NCBI GenBank assembly: GCA_964016885.1
Contig: OZ024743.1
Span: forward strand, 131,130,001-131,194,000
DNA: 64,000 nucleotides
Direction: 5' to 3'
Source of the DNA: Eledone cirrhosa
Taxonomy: Eukaryota
The notes below the pieces were generated by a model that saw nothing but the letters and a program-made list of their open reading frames with translations, searched no databases and was not told where the DNA came from. Position numbers and translations under genes: made by a program. This document shows positions 11,667-23,000 of the stretch, in pieces; position 1 is the first letter of the stretch, and every line of letters starts with the position of its first letter.

Positions 11667-14600
11667 GTGCTTGGTGTTTGGTGTTTGGTGCTTGGTGCTT
11701 GGTGTTTGTTGCTTGGTACTTGGTGCATGGTGTTTGGTGCTGGGTGCTTGGTGTTTGGTGCTTGGTGTTTGGTGCTTGGTGCTTGGTGTTTGGTGTTTGG
11801 TGTTTGATGCTTGGTGCTTGGTGTTTGGTGCTTGGTGTTTGTACTTGGTGCTTGGTGCTTGGTGTTTTGTGCTTAGTTCTTGGTGTTTGGTGTTTGGTGC
11901 TTGGTGCTTGGTGCTTGGCGTTAGGTGTTTGGTGCTTGGTGCTTGGTGTTTGGTGTTTGGTCCTTGGTGCTTCGTGTTTAGTGCTTGGTGCTTCGTGTTT
12001 GTTGTTTGGTGCTTTCTGCTTGCTGCTTGGTGTTTGGTGCTTGGTCATTGGTGCTTGGTGTTTGGTGCTTGGTGCTTGGTGTTTGCTGTTTGGTGCTAGA
12101 TGCTTGGTGCTTGGTGTTTGGTGTTTGGTGTTTGGTGTTTGGTGCTTCGTGCTTGGGGTTTGGTGTTTGGTGCTTGGTGCTTGGTGCTTGGTCTTTGGTG
12201 CTTGGTGCTTGGTGTTTGGTGTTTCGTGTTTGGTGCTTGGTGCTTGGTGTTTGGCGCTTGGTGCTTGGTGCTGGGTGGTTGGTATTTGGTGCTTGGTGCT
12301 TGGTGTTTGGTGCTTGGTGCTTGGTGCTTGGTGCTTGGTGTTTGGTGCTTGGTGCTTGGTGCTTGGTCTTTGGTGCTTGGTGTTTGGTGTTTGGTGCTTG
12401 GTGCTTGGTGCTTGGTGTTTGGTGCTTGGTGATTAGTGTTTGGTGCTTGGTGCTTGGGGTTTGGTGTTTGGTGCTTGGTGCTTGGTGTTTGGTGCTTGGT
12501 ACTTGGTGTTTGGTGCTTGGTGTTTGGTGTTTGCTGTTTGGTGTCTGCTTTTTGGTGTTTGGTGTTTGCTGTATGGTGTTTGCTGTTTCGTGTTTGGTGT
12601 TTGCTGTTAGGTGTTTGGTCTTTGGTGCTTGGTGTTTGGTGCTTGGTGTTTGGTGTTTGGTGCTTGGTGCTTGGTGTTTGGTGTTTGGTGCTTGGTGCTT
12701 GGTGCTTGGTGTTTGGTGTTTGGTGCTTGGTGTTTGGTGTTTGGTGTTTGGTGCTTGGTGTTTGGTGTTTGGTGGCTGGTGTTTGGTGTTTATTGCTTGT
12801 TGCTTGGTGCTTGGTGCTTGGTGTTTGGTGTTTGGTGCTTGGTGCTTGGTGTTTGGTGCTTGGTGCTTGGTGTTTGTACTTGGTGCTTGGTGCTTGGTGT
12901 TTGGTGCTTGGTTCTTGGTGTTTGGTGCTTGGTGTTTGGTGCTTGGTGCTTGGTGTTTGGTGCTTGGTGCTTGGTGTTTGGTGTTTGGTGCTTGGTGCTT
13001 GGTGCTTGGTGTTACGTGTTTGGTGCTTGGTACTTGGTGTTTGGTGTTTGGTTCTTGGTGCTTGGTATTTGGTGCTTGGTGCTTGCTGCTTGGTGTTTGG
13101 TGCTTGGTGATTGATGCTTGGTGTTTGGTGCTTGGTGCTTGGTGTTTGGTTTTTGGTGCTAGGTGCTTGGTGCTTGGTGTTTGGTGCTTGGTGTTTGGTG
13201 TTTGGTGCTTGGTGCTTGGTGTTTGGTACTTGGTGCTTGGTGCTTGGTGTTTGGTGCTAGGTGCTTGGTGTTTGGTGTTTGGTGTTTGGTGCTTGGTGCT
13301 TGGTGTTTGGTGCTTGGTGCTTGGTGCTGGGTGGTTGGTGTTTGGTGCTTGGTGCTTGGTGTTTGGTGCTAGGTGCATGGTGCTTGGTGTTTGGTGCTTG
13401 GTGCTTGGTGCTTGGTCTTTGGTGTTTGGTGTTTAGTGCTTGGTGCTTGGTGCTTGGTGCTTGGTGCTTGGTCCTTGGTGTTTGGTGCTTGGTGCTTGGT
13501 GTTTGGTGTTTGGTGCTTGGTGCTTGGTGCTTTGTTTTTGGTGTTTGGTGCTTGGTGTCTGGAACTTGGTGTTTGGTGTTTGGTGCTTGGTGTTTGGTGT
13601 TTGGTGCTTGGTGCTTGGTGTTTGGTGCTTGGTGCTTGGTGTTTGTACTTGGTGCTTGGTGCTTGGTGTTTGGTGCTTGGTTCTTGGTGTTTGGTGCTTG
13701 GTGTTTGGAGCTTGGTGCTTGGTGTTTGGTGCTTGGTGCTTGGTGTTTGTACTTGGTGCTTGTTGCTTGGTGTTTGGTGCTTGGTTCTTGGTGTTTGGTG
13801 CTTGGTGTTTGGTGCTTGGTGCTTGGTGTTTGGTGCTTGGTGCTTGGTGTTTGGTGTTTGGTGCTTGGTGCTAGGTGTTTGGTGCTTGGTGCTTGGTGTT
13901 TGGTGTTTGGTTCTTGGTGCTTGGTATTTGGTGCTTTGTGCTTGCTGCTTGGTGTTTGGTGCTTGGTGATTGATGCTTGGTGTTTGGTGCTTGGTGCTTG
14001 GTGTTTGGTTTTTGGTGCTAGGTGCTTGGTGCTTGGTGTTTGGTGCTTGGTGTTTGGTGTTTGGTGCTTGGTGCTTGGGGCTTGGTTTTTGGTACTTGGT
14101 GCTTGGTGCTTGGTGTTTGGTGCTTGGTGCTTGGTGTTTGGTGTTTGGTGTTTGGTGCTTGGTGCTTGGTGTTTGGTGCTTGGTGCTTGGTGCTGGGTGG
14201 TTGGTGTTTGGTGCTTGGTGCTTGGTGTTTGGTGCTTGGTGCATGGTGCTTGGTGTTTGGTGCTTGGTGCTTGGTGCTTGTTCTTTGTTGTTTGGTGTTT
14301 AGTGCTTGGTGTTTGGTGTTTGGTGCTTGGTGTTTGGTGCTTGGTGCCTGGTGCTTGTTGTTTGGTGCTTGGTGTTTGGTGTTTGGTGCTTGGTGCTTGG
14401 TGTTTGTTGCTTGGTACTTGGTGCATGGTGTTTGGTGCTGGGTGCTTGGTGTTTGGTGCTTGGTGTTTGGTGCTTGGTGCTTGGTGTTTGGTGTTTGGTG
14501 TTTGATGCTTGGTGCTTGGTGTTTGGTGCTTGGTGTTTGTACTTGGTGCTTGGTGCTTGGTGTTTTGTGCTTAGTTCTTGGTGTTTGGTGTTTGGTGCTT

Positions 14601-17086
14601 GGTGCTTGGTGCTTGGCGTTAGGTGTTTGGTGCTTGGTGCTTGGTGTTTGGTGTTTGGTCCTTGGTGCTTCGTGTTTAGTGCTTGGTGCTTCGTGTTTGT
14701 TGTTTGGTGCTTTCTGCTTGCTGCTTGGTGTTTGGTGCTTGGTCATTGGTGCTTGGTGTTTGGTGCTTGGTGCTTGGTGTTTGCTGTTTGGTGCTAGATG
14801 CTTGGTGCTTGGTGTTTGGTGTTTGGTGTTTGGTGTTTGGTGCTTCGTGCTTGGGGTTTGGTGTTTGGTGCTTGGTGCTTGGTGCTTGGTCTTTGGTGCT
14901 TGGTGCTTGGTGTTTGGTGTTTCGTGTTTGGTGCTTGGTGCTTGGTGTTTGGCGCTTGGTGCTTGGTGCTGGGTGGTTGGTATTTGGTGCTTGGTGCTTG
15001 GTGTTTGGTGCTTGGTGCTTGGTGCTTGGTGCTTGGTGTTTGGTGCTTGGTGCTTGGTGCTTGGTCTTTGGTGCTTGGTGTTTGGTGTTTGGTGCTTGGT
15101 GCTTGGTGCTTGGTGTTTGGTGCTTGGTGATTAGTGTTTGGTGCTTGGTGCTTGGGGTTTGGTGTTTGGTGCTTGGTGCTTGGTGTTTGGTGCTTGGTAC
15201 TTGGTGTTTGGTGCTTGGTGTTTGGTGTTTGCTGTTTGGTGTCTGCTTTTTGGTGTTTGGTGTTTGCTGTATGGTGTTTGCTGTTTCGTGTTTGGTGTTT
15301 GCTGTTAGGTGTTTGGTCTTTGGTGCTTGGTGTTTGGTGCTTGGTGTTTGGTGTTTGGTGCTTGGTGCTTGGTGTTTGGTGTTTGGTGCTTGGTGCTTGG
15401 TGCTTGGTGTTTGGTGTTTGGTGCTTGGTGTTTGGTGTTTGGTGTTTGGTGCTTGGTGTTTGGTGTTTGGTGGCTGGTGTTTGGTGTTTATTGCTTGTTG
15501 CTTGGTGCTTGGTGCTTGGTGTTTGGTGTTTGGTGCTTGGTGCTTGGTGTTTGGTGCTTGGTGCTTGGTGTTTGTACTTGGTGCTTGGTGCTTGGTGTTT
15601 GGTGCTTGGTTCTTGGTGTTTGGTGCTTGGTGTTTGGTGCTTGGTGCTTGGTGTTTGGTGCTTGGTGCTTGGTGTTTGGTGTTTGGTGCTTGGTGCTTGG
15701 TGCTTGGTGTTACGTGTTTGGTGCTTGGTACTTGGTGTTTGGTGTTTGGTTCTTGGTGCTTGGTATTTGGTGCTTGGTGCTTGCTGCTTGGTGTTTGGTG
15801 CTTGGTGATTGATGCTTGGTGTTTGGTGCTTGGTGCTTGGTGTTTGGTTTTTGGTGCTAGGTGCTTGGTGCTTGGTGTTTGGTGCTTGGTGTTTGGTGTT
15901 TGGTGCTTGGTGCTTGGTGTTTGGTACTTGGTGCTTGGTGCTTGGTGTTTGGTGCTAGGTGCTTGGTGTTTGGTGTTTGGTGTTTGGTGCTTGGTGCTTG
16001 GTGTTTGGTGCTTGGTGCTTGGTGCTGGGTGGTTGGTGTTTGGTGCTTGGTGCTTGGTGTTTGGTGCTAGGTGCATGGTGCTTGGTGTTTGGTGCTTGGT
16101 GCTTGGTGCTTGGTCTTTGGTGTTTGGTGTTTAGTGCTTGGTGCTTGGTGCTTGGTGCTTGGTGCTTGGTCCTTGGTGTTTGGTGCTTGGTGCTTGGTGT
16201 TTGGTGTTTGGTGCTTGGTGCTTGGTGCTTTGTTTTTGGTGTTTGGTTCTTGGTGTCTGGAACTTGGTGTTTGGTGTTTGGTGCTTGGTGTTTGGTGTTT
16301 GGTGCTTGGTGCTTGGTGTTTGGTGCTTGGTGCTTGGTGTTTGTACTTGGTGCTTGGTGCTTGGTGTTTGGTGCTTGGTTCTTGGTGTTTGGTGCTTGGT
16401 GTTTGGAGCTTGGTGCTTGGTGTTTGGTGCTTGGTGCTTGGTGTTTGTACTTGGTGCTTGTTGCTTGGTGTTTGGTGCTTGGTTCTTGGTGTTTGGTGCT
16501 TGGTGTTTGGTGCTTGGTGCTTGGTGTTTGGTGCTTGGTGCTTGGTGTTTGGTGTTTGGTGCTTGGTGCTAGGTGTTTGGTGCTTGGTGCTTGGTGTTTG
16601 GTGTTTGGTTCTTGGTGCTTGGTATTTGGTGCTTTGTGCTTGCTGCTTGGTGTTTGGTGCTTGGTGATTGATGCTTGGTGTTTGGTGCTTGGTGCTTGGT
16701 GTTTGGTTTTTGGTGCTAGGTGCTTGGTGCTTGGTGTTTGGTGCTTGGTGTTTGGTGTTTGGTGCTTGGTGCTTGGGGCTTGGTTTTTGGTACTTGGTGC
16801 TTGGTGCTTGGTGTTTGGTGCTTGGTGCTTGGTGTTTGGTGTTTGGTGTTTGGTGCTTGGTGCTTGGTGTTTGGTGCTTGGTGCTTGGTGCTGGGTGGTT
16901 GGTGTTTGGTGCTTGGTGCTTGGTGTTTGGTGCTTGGTGCATGGTGCTTGGTGTTTGGTGCTTGGTGCTTGGTGCTTGTTCTTTGTTGTTTGGTGTTTAG
17001 TGCTTGGTGTTTGGTGTTTGGTGCTTGGTGTTTGGTGCTTGGTGCCTGGTGCTTGTTGTTTGGTGCTTGGTGTTTGGTGTTTGGTG
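11667..17086 (+). repeat. Tandem duplication, 2698-bp unit (11667-14364 / 14365-17062)
   Basis: Identical ORF entries offset by 2698 (11978/14676, 11985/14683, 12436/15134, 13970/16668). One visible substitution: 13550 G vs 16248 T. Confidence 0.95.
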
Positions 17087-18700
17087 TTTGGTGCTTGGTG
17101 TTTGGTGTTTGGTGCTTGGTGCTTGGTGTTTGGTGTTTGATGCTTGGTGCTTGGTGCTTGGTGTTTGGTGTTTGCTGCTTGGTGTCTGGTGCTTGGTGCT
17201 TGGTGCTTGGTGTTTGGTGCTTGGTGATTGGTGCTTGGTCTTTGGTGCAGGGTGCTTGGTGTTTGGTGTTTGATGCTTGGTGTTTGATGCTTGTTGCTTG
17301 GTTCTTGGTGTTTGGTGCTTGGTGTTTCGTGCTTGGTGCTTGGTGTTTGGTGCTTGGTGCTTGGTGTTTGGTGATTGGTGTATGGTGCTTGGTGCTTGGT
17401 GCTTGGTGTTAGGTGTTTGGTGCTTGGTGTTTGGTGTTTGGTGCTTCATGCTTGGTGCTTGGTGTTTGGTGCTTGGTGCTTGGTGTTTGGTGCTTGGTGC
17501 CTGGTACATGGTGTTTGGTGCTTGATGCTTGGTGATTGGTGTTTGGTGTTAGGTGTTTGGTGCTTGGTGCTTGGTGTTTGGTGCTTGGTGCTTGGTGTTT
17601 GGTGTTTGGTGCCTGGTGATTGGTGCTTGGTGTATGGTGCTTGGTGCTTGGTGTTTGGTGCTAGGTGCTTGGTGCTTGGTGCTTGGTGTTTGGTGCTTGG
17701 TGTTTGGTGCTTGGCACTTGGGGCTTGGTGTTTGGTGCTTGGTGCTTGGTGCTTGGTGTTTGGTGCTTGGTGCTTGGTGTTTGGTGTTTGGTGCTTGGTG
17801 TTTGGTGCTTGGTGTTTGGTGCTTGGTGCTTGGTGTTTGGTGCTTGGTGCTTGGTGCTTGGTGTTTGGTGCTTGGTGCTTGGTGCTTGGTCTTTGGTGCT
17901 TGGTGTTTGGTGTTTGGTGCTTGGTGCTTGGTGTTTGGTGCTTGGTGCTTGGTGATTAGTGTTTGGTGCTTGCTGCTTGGGGTTTGGTGTTTGGTGCTTG
18001 GTGCTTGGTGTTTGGTGCTTGGTGCTTGGTGTTTGGTGCTTGGTGTTTGGTGTTTGGTGTTTGCTGTTTGCTGTTGGCTTTTTGATGTTTGGTGTTTGCT
18101 GTATGGTGTTTGCTGTTTCGTGTTTATTGTTTGCTGTTTGGTGTTTGGTGTTTGGTGTTTGCTGTTTCCTGTTTGGTCTTTAGTCTTTGGTGCTTGGTGT
18201 TTGGTGCTTGGTGCTTGGTGTTTGGTATTTGGTGCTTGGTGTTTGGTGCTTGGTGCTTGGTACTTGTTGTTTGGTGATTGGTGCTTGGTGCTTGGTGTTT
18301 GGTGTTTGATGCTTGGTGTTTGGTGTTTGGTGCTTGGTGCTTCGTGTTTGGTGTTTGATGCTTGGTGCTTGATGTTTGGTGCTTGGTGCTTGGTGTTTGG
18401 TGCTTGGTGCTTGGTGTTTGTACTTGTTGCTTGGTGCTTGATGTTTGGTGCTTGGTTTTTGGTGCTTGGTGTTTGGTGTTTGCTGTTTGCTGTTTGGTGC
18501 TTGGTGTTTGCTGTTTGGTGTTTGTTGTTTGGTGTTTGCTGTTTGGTGTTTGCTGTTTGGTGTTTGGTGCTTGCTGTTTGGTGCTTGGTGTTTGGTGCTT
18601 GGTGCTTAGTGTTTGGTGTTTGGTGTTTGGTGCTTGGTGCTTGGGGCTTGGTGTTTGGTGCTTGGTGCTTGGTGCTTGGTGTTTGGTGCATGGTGCTTGG
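17040..18700 (+). repeat. Diverged dispersed copy of the ~1.5-3.1 kb block
   Basis: Rare markers in the same order: GCTTCATGC 1837/17443, GGCACTTGGGGC 2051/17713, GTTTCCTGTTTGGTCTTTAGTC 2502/18164. Confidence 0.85.
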
Positions 18701-18819
18701 TGCTTGGTCTTTGGTGCTTGGTGTTTGGTGTTTGGTGCTTGGTGCTTGGTGCTTGGTGTTTGGTGCTTGGTGATTAGTGTTTGGTGCTTGGTGCTTGGGG
18801 TTTGGTGTTTGGTGCTTGG

Positions 18820-20070
18820 TGCTTGGTGCTTGGTGTTTGGTGTTTGGTGCTTGGTGTTTGGTGTTTGGTGTTTGGTGCTTGGTGTTTGGTGTTTGGTGCC
18901 TGGTGTTTGGTGTTTATTGCTTGTTGCTTGGTGCTTGGTGCTTGGTGTTTGGTGTTTGGTGTTGGGGTTTGGTGCTGGGTGCTTGGTGTTTGGTGCTTGG
19001 TGCTTGTTGCTTGGTGCTTGGTGTTTCGTGTTTGGTGCTGGGTGCTTGGTGTTTGGTGTTTGGTGTTATATGCTTGGTGTTTGATGCTTAGTGCTTGGTG
19101 CTTGATGTTTGGTGTTTGGTGCTTGGTGTTTGCTGCTTGGTGTTTGATGCTTGGTGCTTGGTACTTGGTGTTTGGTGCTTGGTGCTTGGTGTTTGTACTT
19201 GGTGCTTGGTGCTTGGTTCTTGGTGTTTGGTGCTTGGTGCTTGGTGCTTGGTGCTTTGTGTTTGGTGCTTGGTGTTTGGTGCTTGGTGTTTGGTGCTTGG
19301 TGCCTGCTGCTTGGTGCTTGGTGTTTGGTGTTTGGTGTTTGGGGCTTGGTGTTAGGTGTTTGGTTCTTGGTGCTTGGTGTTTGGTGTTCGGTGCTTGGTG
19401 TTTGGTGCTTGGTGCTTGGTGCTAGGTGTTTGGTGTTTGGTGCTTGGTGCTTGGTGCTTGGTGTTTGGTGTTTGGTGCTTGGTGTTTGGTGTTTGGTGTT
19501 TGGTGCTTGGTGTTTGGTGTTTGGTGCCTGGTGTTTGGTGTTTATTGCTTGTTGCTTGGTGCTTGGTGCTTGGTGTTTGGTGTTTGGTGCTTGGGGTTTG
19601 GTGCTGGGTGCTTGGTGTTTGGTGCTTGGTGCTTGGTGCTTGGTGCTTGGTGTTTCGTGTTTGGTGCTGGGTGCTTGGTGTTTCGTGTTTCGTGTTATAT
19701 GCTTGGTGTTTGATGCTTAGTGCTTGGTGCTTGGTGTTTGGTGTTTGGTGCTTGGTGTTTGCTGCTTGGTGTTTGATGCTTGGTGCTTGGTACTTGGTGT
19801 TTGGTGCTTGGTGCTTGGTGTTTGTACTTGGTGCTTGGTGCTTGGTTCTTGGTGTTTGGTGCTTGGTGCTTGGTGCTTGGTGCTTTGTGTTTGGTGCTTG
19901 GTGTTTGGTGCTTGGTGTTTGGTGCTTGGTGCCTGCTGCTTGGTGCTTGGTGTTTGGTGTTTGGTGTTTGGGGCTTGGTGTTAGGTGTTTGGTGCTTGGT
20001 GCTTGGTGTTTGGTGTTTGGTGCTTGGTGTTTGGTGCTTGGTGCTTGGTGTTTGGTGTTTGGTGCTTGGT
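18820..20070 (+). repeat. Slightly diverged tandem duplication, ~629-bp unit; boundaries approximate
   Basis: GTTATATGC at 19065/19694. Near-identical ORF entries at 19095/19724 and 19151/19780. Confidence 0.85.
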
Positions 20071-23000
20071 GTTTGGTGCTTGGTACTTGGTGCTTGGTGC
20101 TTGGTGTTAGGTGTTTGGTGCTTGGTGCTTGGTGTTTGGTTTTTGGTGCTTGGTGCTTGGTGTTTGGTGTTTGGTGCTTGCTGCTGGCTGCTTGGTGCTT
20201 GGTGATTGGTGCTTGGTTTTTGGTGCTTGGTGTTTGGTGTTTGGTGCTAGGTGCTTGGTGCTTGGTGTTTGGTGCTTGGTGCTTGGTGTTTGGTGTTTGG
20301 TGTTTGGTGCTTGGTGCTTGGTGTTTGGTGCTTGGTGCTTGGTGCTGGGTGGTTGGTGTTTGGTGCTTGGTGTTTGGTGCTGGGTGCTTGGTGTTTGGTG
20401 CTTGGTGTTTGGTGCTTGGTGTTTGGTGTTTGGTGCTTGGTGCTTGGTGTTTGGTGCTTGGTTCTTGGTGTTTGGTGCTTGGTGCTTAGTGTTTGGTGCT
20501 AGGTGCTTGGGGTTTGGTGTTTGGTGCTTGGTGTTTGGTGCTTGCTGCTTGGTGTTTGGTGTTTGGTGTTTGGTGCTTGGTGCTTGGTATTTGGTGTTTG
20601 CTGTTTGCTGTTTGGTGTTTGTTGTTTGGTGTTTGTTGTTTGGTGTTTGGTGTTTGCTGTTTGGTGTCTGCTTTTTGGTGTTTGGTGTTTGCTGTATGTT
20701 GTTTGCTGTTTGGTGTTTGGTGTTTGGTATTTGGTGTTTGGTGCTTGGTGCTTGGTGTTTGGTGCTTGGTGCTTGGTGTTTGGTGCCTGGTGCTTGGTGC
20801 TTGGTGTTTGGTTTTTGGTGCTTGGTGCTTGGTGCTTGGTCCTTGGTGTTTGATGCTGGGTGCTTTGTGTTTGGTGCTTGGTGCTTCGTGCTTGGTGTTT
20901 GGTGTTTGCTGCTTGGTGTTTGGTGCTTGGTGCTTGGTGTTTGGTGTTTTGAGTTTGGTGCTTGGTGCTTGGTGTTTGGTGCTTTGTGCTTGGTGCTTGG
21001 TGTTTTTACTTGGTGCTTGGTGCTTGGTGTTTGGTTCTTGGTTCTTGGTATTTGGTACTTGGTGCTTGGTGCTTGGTGTTTGGTGCTTGGTGTTTGGTGC
21101 TTGTTGCTTGGTGTTTGGTGCTTGGTGTTTGGTGTTTGGTGCTTGGTGCTTGGTGTTTGGTGTTTGGTGTTTGGTGTTTGCTGTTTGGTGTTTGGTGTTT
21201 GCTGTTTGCTGTTTGGTGTCTGCTTTTTGGTGTTTGGTGTTTGCTGTATGGTGTTTGCTGTTTTGGTGTTTGGTGTTTGCTGTTTGGTGTTTGGTCTTTG
21301 GTGCTTGGTGTTTGGTGTTTGGTGCTTGGTGCTTGGTGTTTGGTGCTTGGTGTCTGGTGCTTGGTGTTTGGTGTTTGGTGCTTGGTGCTTGGTGTTTGGT
21401 GTTTGGTGCTTGGTGTTTGGTGTTTGGTGCTTGTTGCTTGGTGCTTGGTGCTTGGTGTTTGGTGCTTGGTGCTTGGTGTTTGGTGCTGGGTGCTGGGTGC
21501 TTGGTGTTTGGTGCTTGGTGCTTGGTGCTTGGTGTTTGGTGCTTGGTGCTTTGTGCTTGGTCTTTGGTGCTTGGTGTTTGCTGTTTGGTGCTTGGTGCTT
21601 GGTGCTTGGTGTTTGGTGCTTGGTGATTAGTGTTTGGTGCTTGGTACTTGGTGTTTGGTGTTTGCTGTTTGGTGTCTGCTTTTTGGTGTTTGGTGTTTGC
21701 TGTATGGTGTCTGCTGTTTCGTGTTTGGTGTTTGATGTTTGGTGTTTGGTGCTTGGTGCTTGGTGTTTGGTGCTTGGTGCTTGGTGCTCGGTGGTTGGTG
21801 TTTGGTGCTTGGTGTTTGGTGCTGGGTGCTTGGTGTTTGGTGCTTGGTGCTTGGTGTTTGGTGCTTGGTGTTTGGTGTTTGGTGCTTGGTGCTTGGTGTT
21901 TGGTGCTTGGTGCTTGGTGTTTGGTGCTTGGTGCTTAGTGTTTGGTGCTAGGTGCTTGGGGTTTGGTGTTTGGTGCTTGGTGCTTGGTGCTCGGTGGTTG
22001 CTGTTTGGTGTTTGTTGTTTGGTGTTTGTTGTTTGGTGTTTGCTGTTTGGTGTTTGGTGTTTGGTGTTTGCTGTTTGGTGTCTGCTTTTTGGTGTTTGGT
22101 GTTTGCTGTATGTTGTTTGCTGTTTGGTGTTTGGTGTTTGGTATTTGGTGTTTGGTGCTTGGTGCTTGGTGTTTGGTGCTTGGATCTTGGTGTTTGGTGC
22201 CTGGTGTTTGGTGTTTATTGCTTGTTGCTTGGTGCTTGGTGCTTGGTGTTTGGTGTTTGGTGCTTGGGGTTTGGTGCTGGGTGCTTGGTGTTTGGTGCAT
22301 GGTGCTTGGTGCTTGGTGTTTGGTGTTATATGCTTGGTGTTTGATGCTTGGTGCTTGGTGCTTGGTGTTTGGTGTTTGGTGCTTGGTGTTTGATGCTTGG
22401 TGTTTGATGCTTGGTGCTTGGTGCTTGGTGTTTGGTGCTTGGTGCTTGGTGTTTGTACTTGGTGCTTGGTGCTTGGTTCTTGGTGTTTGGTGCTTGGTGC
22501 TTGGTGCTTTGTGTTTGGTGCTTGGTGCCTGCCGCTTGGTGCTTGGTGTTTGGTGTTTGGTGTTTGGTGCTTGGTGTTAGGTGTTTGGTGCTTGGTGCTT
22601 GGTGTTTGGTGTTTGGTTCTTGGTGTTTGGTGCTTGGGGCCTGGTGTTTGGTGTTTGGTGCTTGGTGTTTGGTGCTTGGTACTTGGTGCTTGGTGCTTGG
22701 TGTTAGGTGTATGGTGCTTGGTGCTTGGTGTTTGGTTTTTGGTGCTTGGTGCTTGGTGTTTGGTGTTTGGTGCTTGCTGCTGGCTGCTTGGTGCTTGGTG
22801 ATTGGTGCTTGGTGTTTGGTGCTTGGTGTTTGGTGTTTGGTGCTAGGTGCTTGGTGCTTGGTGTTTGGTGCTTGGTGCTTGGTGTTTGGTGTTTGGTGTT
22901 TGGTGCTTGGTGCTTGGTGTTTGGTGCTTGGTGCTTGGTGCTGGGTGGTTGGTGTTTGGTGCTTGGTGTTTGGTGCTGGGTGCTTGGTGTTTGGTGCTTG

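Larger units (their letters stand above)
3259..12018 (+). repeat. Tandem duplication, 4377-bp unit (3259-7635 / 7636-12012)
   Basis: Many identical ORF entries offset by exactly 4377 (3448/7825, 3809/8186, 5411/9788, 6229/10606, 6945/11322). The junction has TTTCTG shared at 3259, 7636 and 12013. Confidence 0.95.
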
